Below are positions 37,789-38,817 of a DNA stretch of 38,817 nucleotides, one piece after another. The notes below the pieces were generated by a model, which searched no databases, was not told the DNA's origin, and saw only the letters and a program-made list of their open reading frames with translations. Positions within the stretch are counted from its first letter, which is position 1. Every line of letters begins with the position of its first letter. This DNA comes from Deltaproteobacteria bacterium (lineage in GTDB: Bacteria > Myxococcota_A > UBA9160 > SMWR01), in contig JAQBGU010000173.1 of the NCBI GenBank assembly GCA_032128375.1, positions 1 to 38,817 on the forward strand, written 5' to 3'. The translations under genes and the position numbers were made by a program.

Positions 37789-38310
37789 TGCGAGTTTGCG
37801 AAGCTTTCGCGCGCTCCCCAGCACGGCGACGCTCGCCACCGGTGAGCGGCCCACCCACCGGGCTCGCCTCGCGCCAACAAGGAAAGGCCGCCTGGTAGAA
37901 AGGATTCCGCGGTAGCGGGGCCGTATTGCAGCCATTCGCCGACTTGCCACGCATTGCCCAGGACCATCGCTCTCAACACCAGCCCACACGCCCGTCGGCC
38001 GGCGGTTCCGCTGCGCCACACCGCAGCCAGGCCGAGTGCGAGAACAACGAGCCCCAGGGTGAGACTCACGAGGAAATAGCGCGGGTACAAGAACCCGGGG
38101 TTCCACACGAACGTGACGACCGCGGGTGACAGCAGGATCGCGACGAGCGACGAGAATGAAGATGCCGAGGTCACGGCGCTTTCGACTCACGATCGCGATG
38201 CTCGCGACCAGCATCCGGACCGCTGTGCTCGGGCCTTTCCGGCGCAGCAATCGGTTCCCAGCACGACCGCGAGCGGGGATCCGTTGAAAACACCGAATGG
38301 TGTACTTTCG
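37782..38310 (-). pseudogene. Frameshifted fragment of a GT-C-like membrane protein gene
   Basis: Hydrophobic segments with FLYPRYFL are split across frames. A 7-bp duplication (CGACGAG x2, 38141-38154) explains one shift. The N-terminus is missing. Confidence 0.6.
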
Positions 38311-38322
38311 ATGGATGACCTG

Positions 38323-38701
38323 CTAGGCGTGTGACGCGTTCTCTGAATCACCGATCTCTTCCAGTACCCGGATCAGGTCGAAGCTCGACACGATCCCCAC
38401 GAGCGCGTCCTTCTTCACCACGAGAACGCGGTGGATCCGATTCTCGCGGAGAACCTGGGCGACCTTCGATACAGGTGTCTCCGGATCGACGGAGACTGCG
38501 TCGCTGGTCATCACGTCTTCGACGCTGGCGTCGGTGAGGTTTTCCGACCCCCCATCCGTCGATTCCGCCCACCGGAAACCGATGTCCTCGAGCGCGAGGC
38601 CGACGCTCGTTCCGCCGCCGTCCGTATCGTCCCTGGTCATCGACGACGGGAGCACCGTGGATCTCCTCCTCGAAGAACAGCCGTTTCACCGATTTTCCCA
38701 C
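38323..38701 (-). pseudogene. Frameshifted CBS-domain protein gene
   Basis: RLFFEEEIHGAPVVDDQG (first CBS repeat) and VEDVMT...IHRVLVV...GIVSSFDL (second repeat) are in different frames. Junction near 38628. Confidence 0.7.
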
Positions 38702-38817
38702 GCGCCTTTCGATCGGCTCCGACGCGCGTCGAAGTGCGGCGTCGTTCCGTTCGCGTAGCCGTCGAAGTGGAGGCCCGGATCGGGACCGGCCTCCCCTCGC
38801 AGCAATCCCTCCATACC

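Overview
GC-rich bacterial chromosomal window, densely coding. An RND pump, a lipoprotein MFP and an AsmA-family gene indicate a diderm organism. No rRNA, tRNA, CRISPR array or transposase was recognised. Left to right it contains: the 3' end of a probable TetR-type gene coupled to an RND efflux pair; a GT-C-like membrane protein; SDR; DUF2520 reductase; GT4; 3-hydroxyisobutyrate-dehydrogenase-family enzyme; single-chain BC-BCCP-CT acyl-CoA carboxylase; long Lhr helicase; a divergent pair of citrate-synthase fusions (CBS-CS and HTH-CS) around an AT-rich palindromic operator; an orphan BtuF-like protein plus thioredoxin; a split-barrel protein; AsmA; amidase; gluzincin peptidase; GST; an orphan 7TM-PAS histidine kinase with a small secreted protein; GMC oxidoreductase plus partner subunit; ExoM-like GT2; DUF4097 protein; and another GT-C-like protein. 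The most notable items are the CBS-CS/HTH-CS module with its operator, a consensus sigma54 promoter running straight into an 11 x 14-bp repeat array, a hidden decayed duplicate of the GMC operon's 5' region, and frameshifted pseudogenes at the right end. All family calls come from recognising motifs by eye; no database searches were run.
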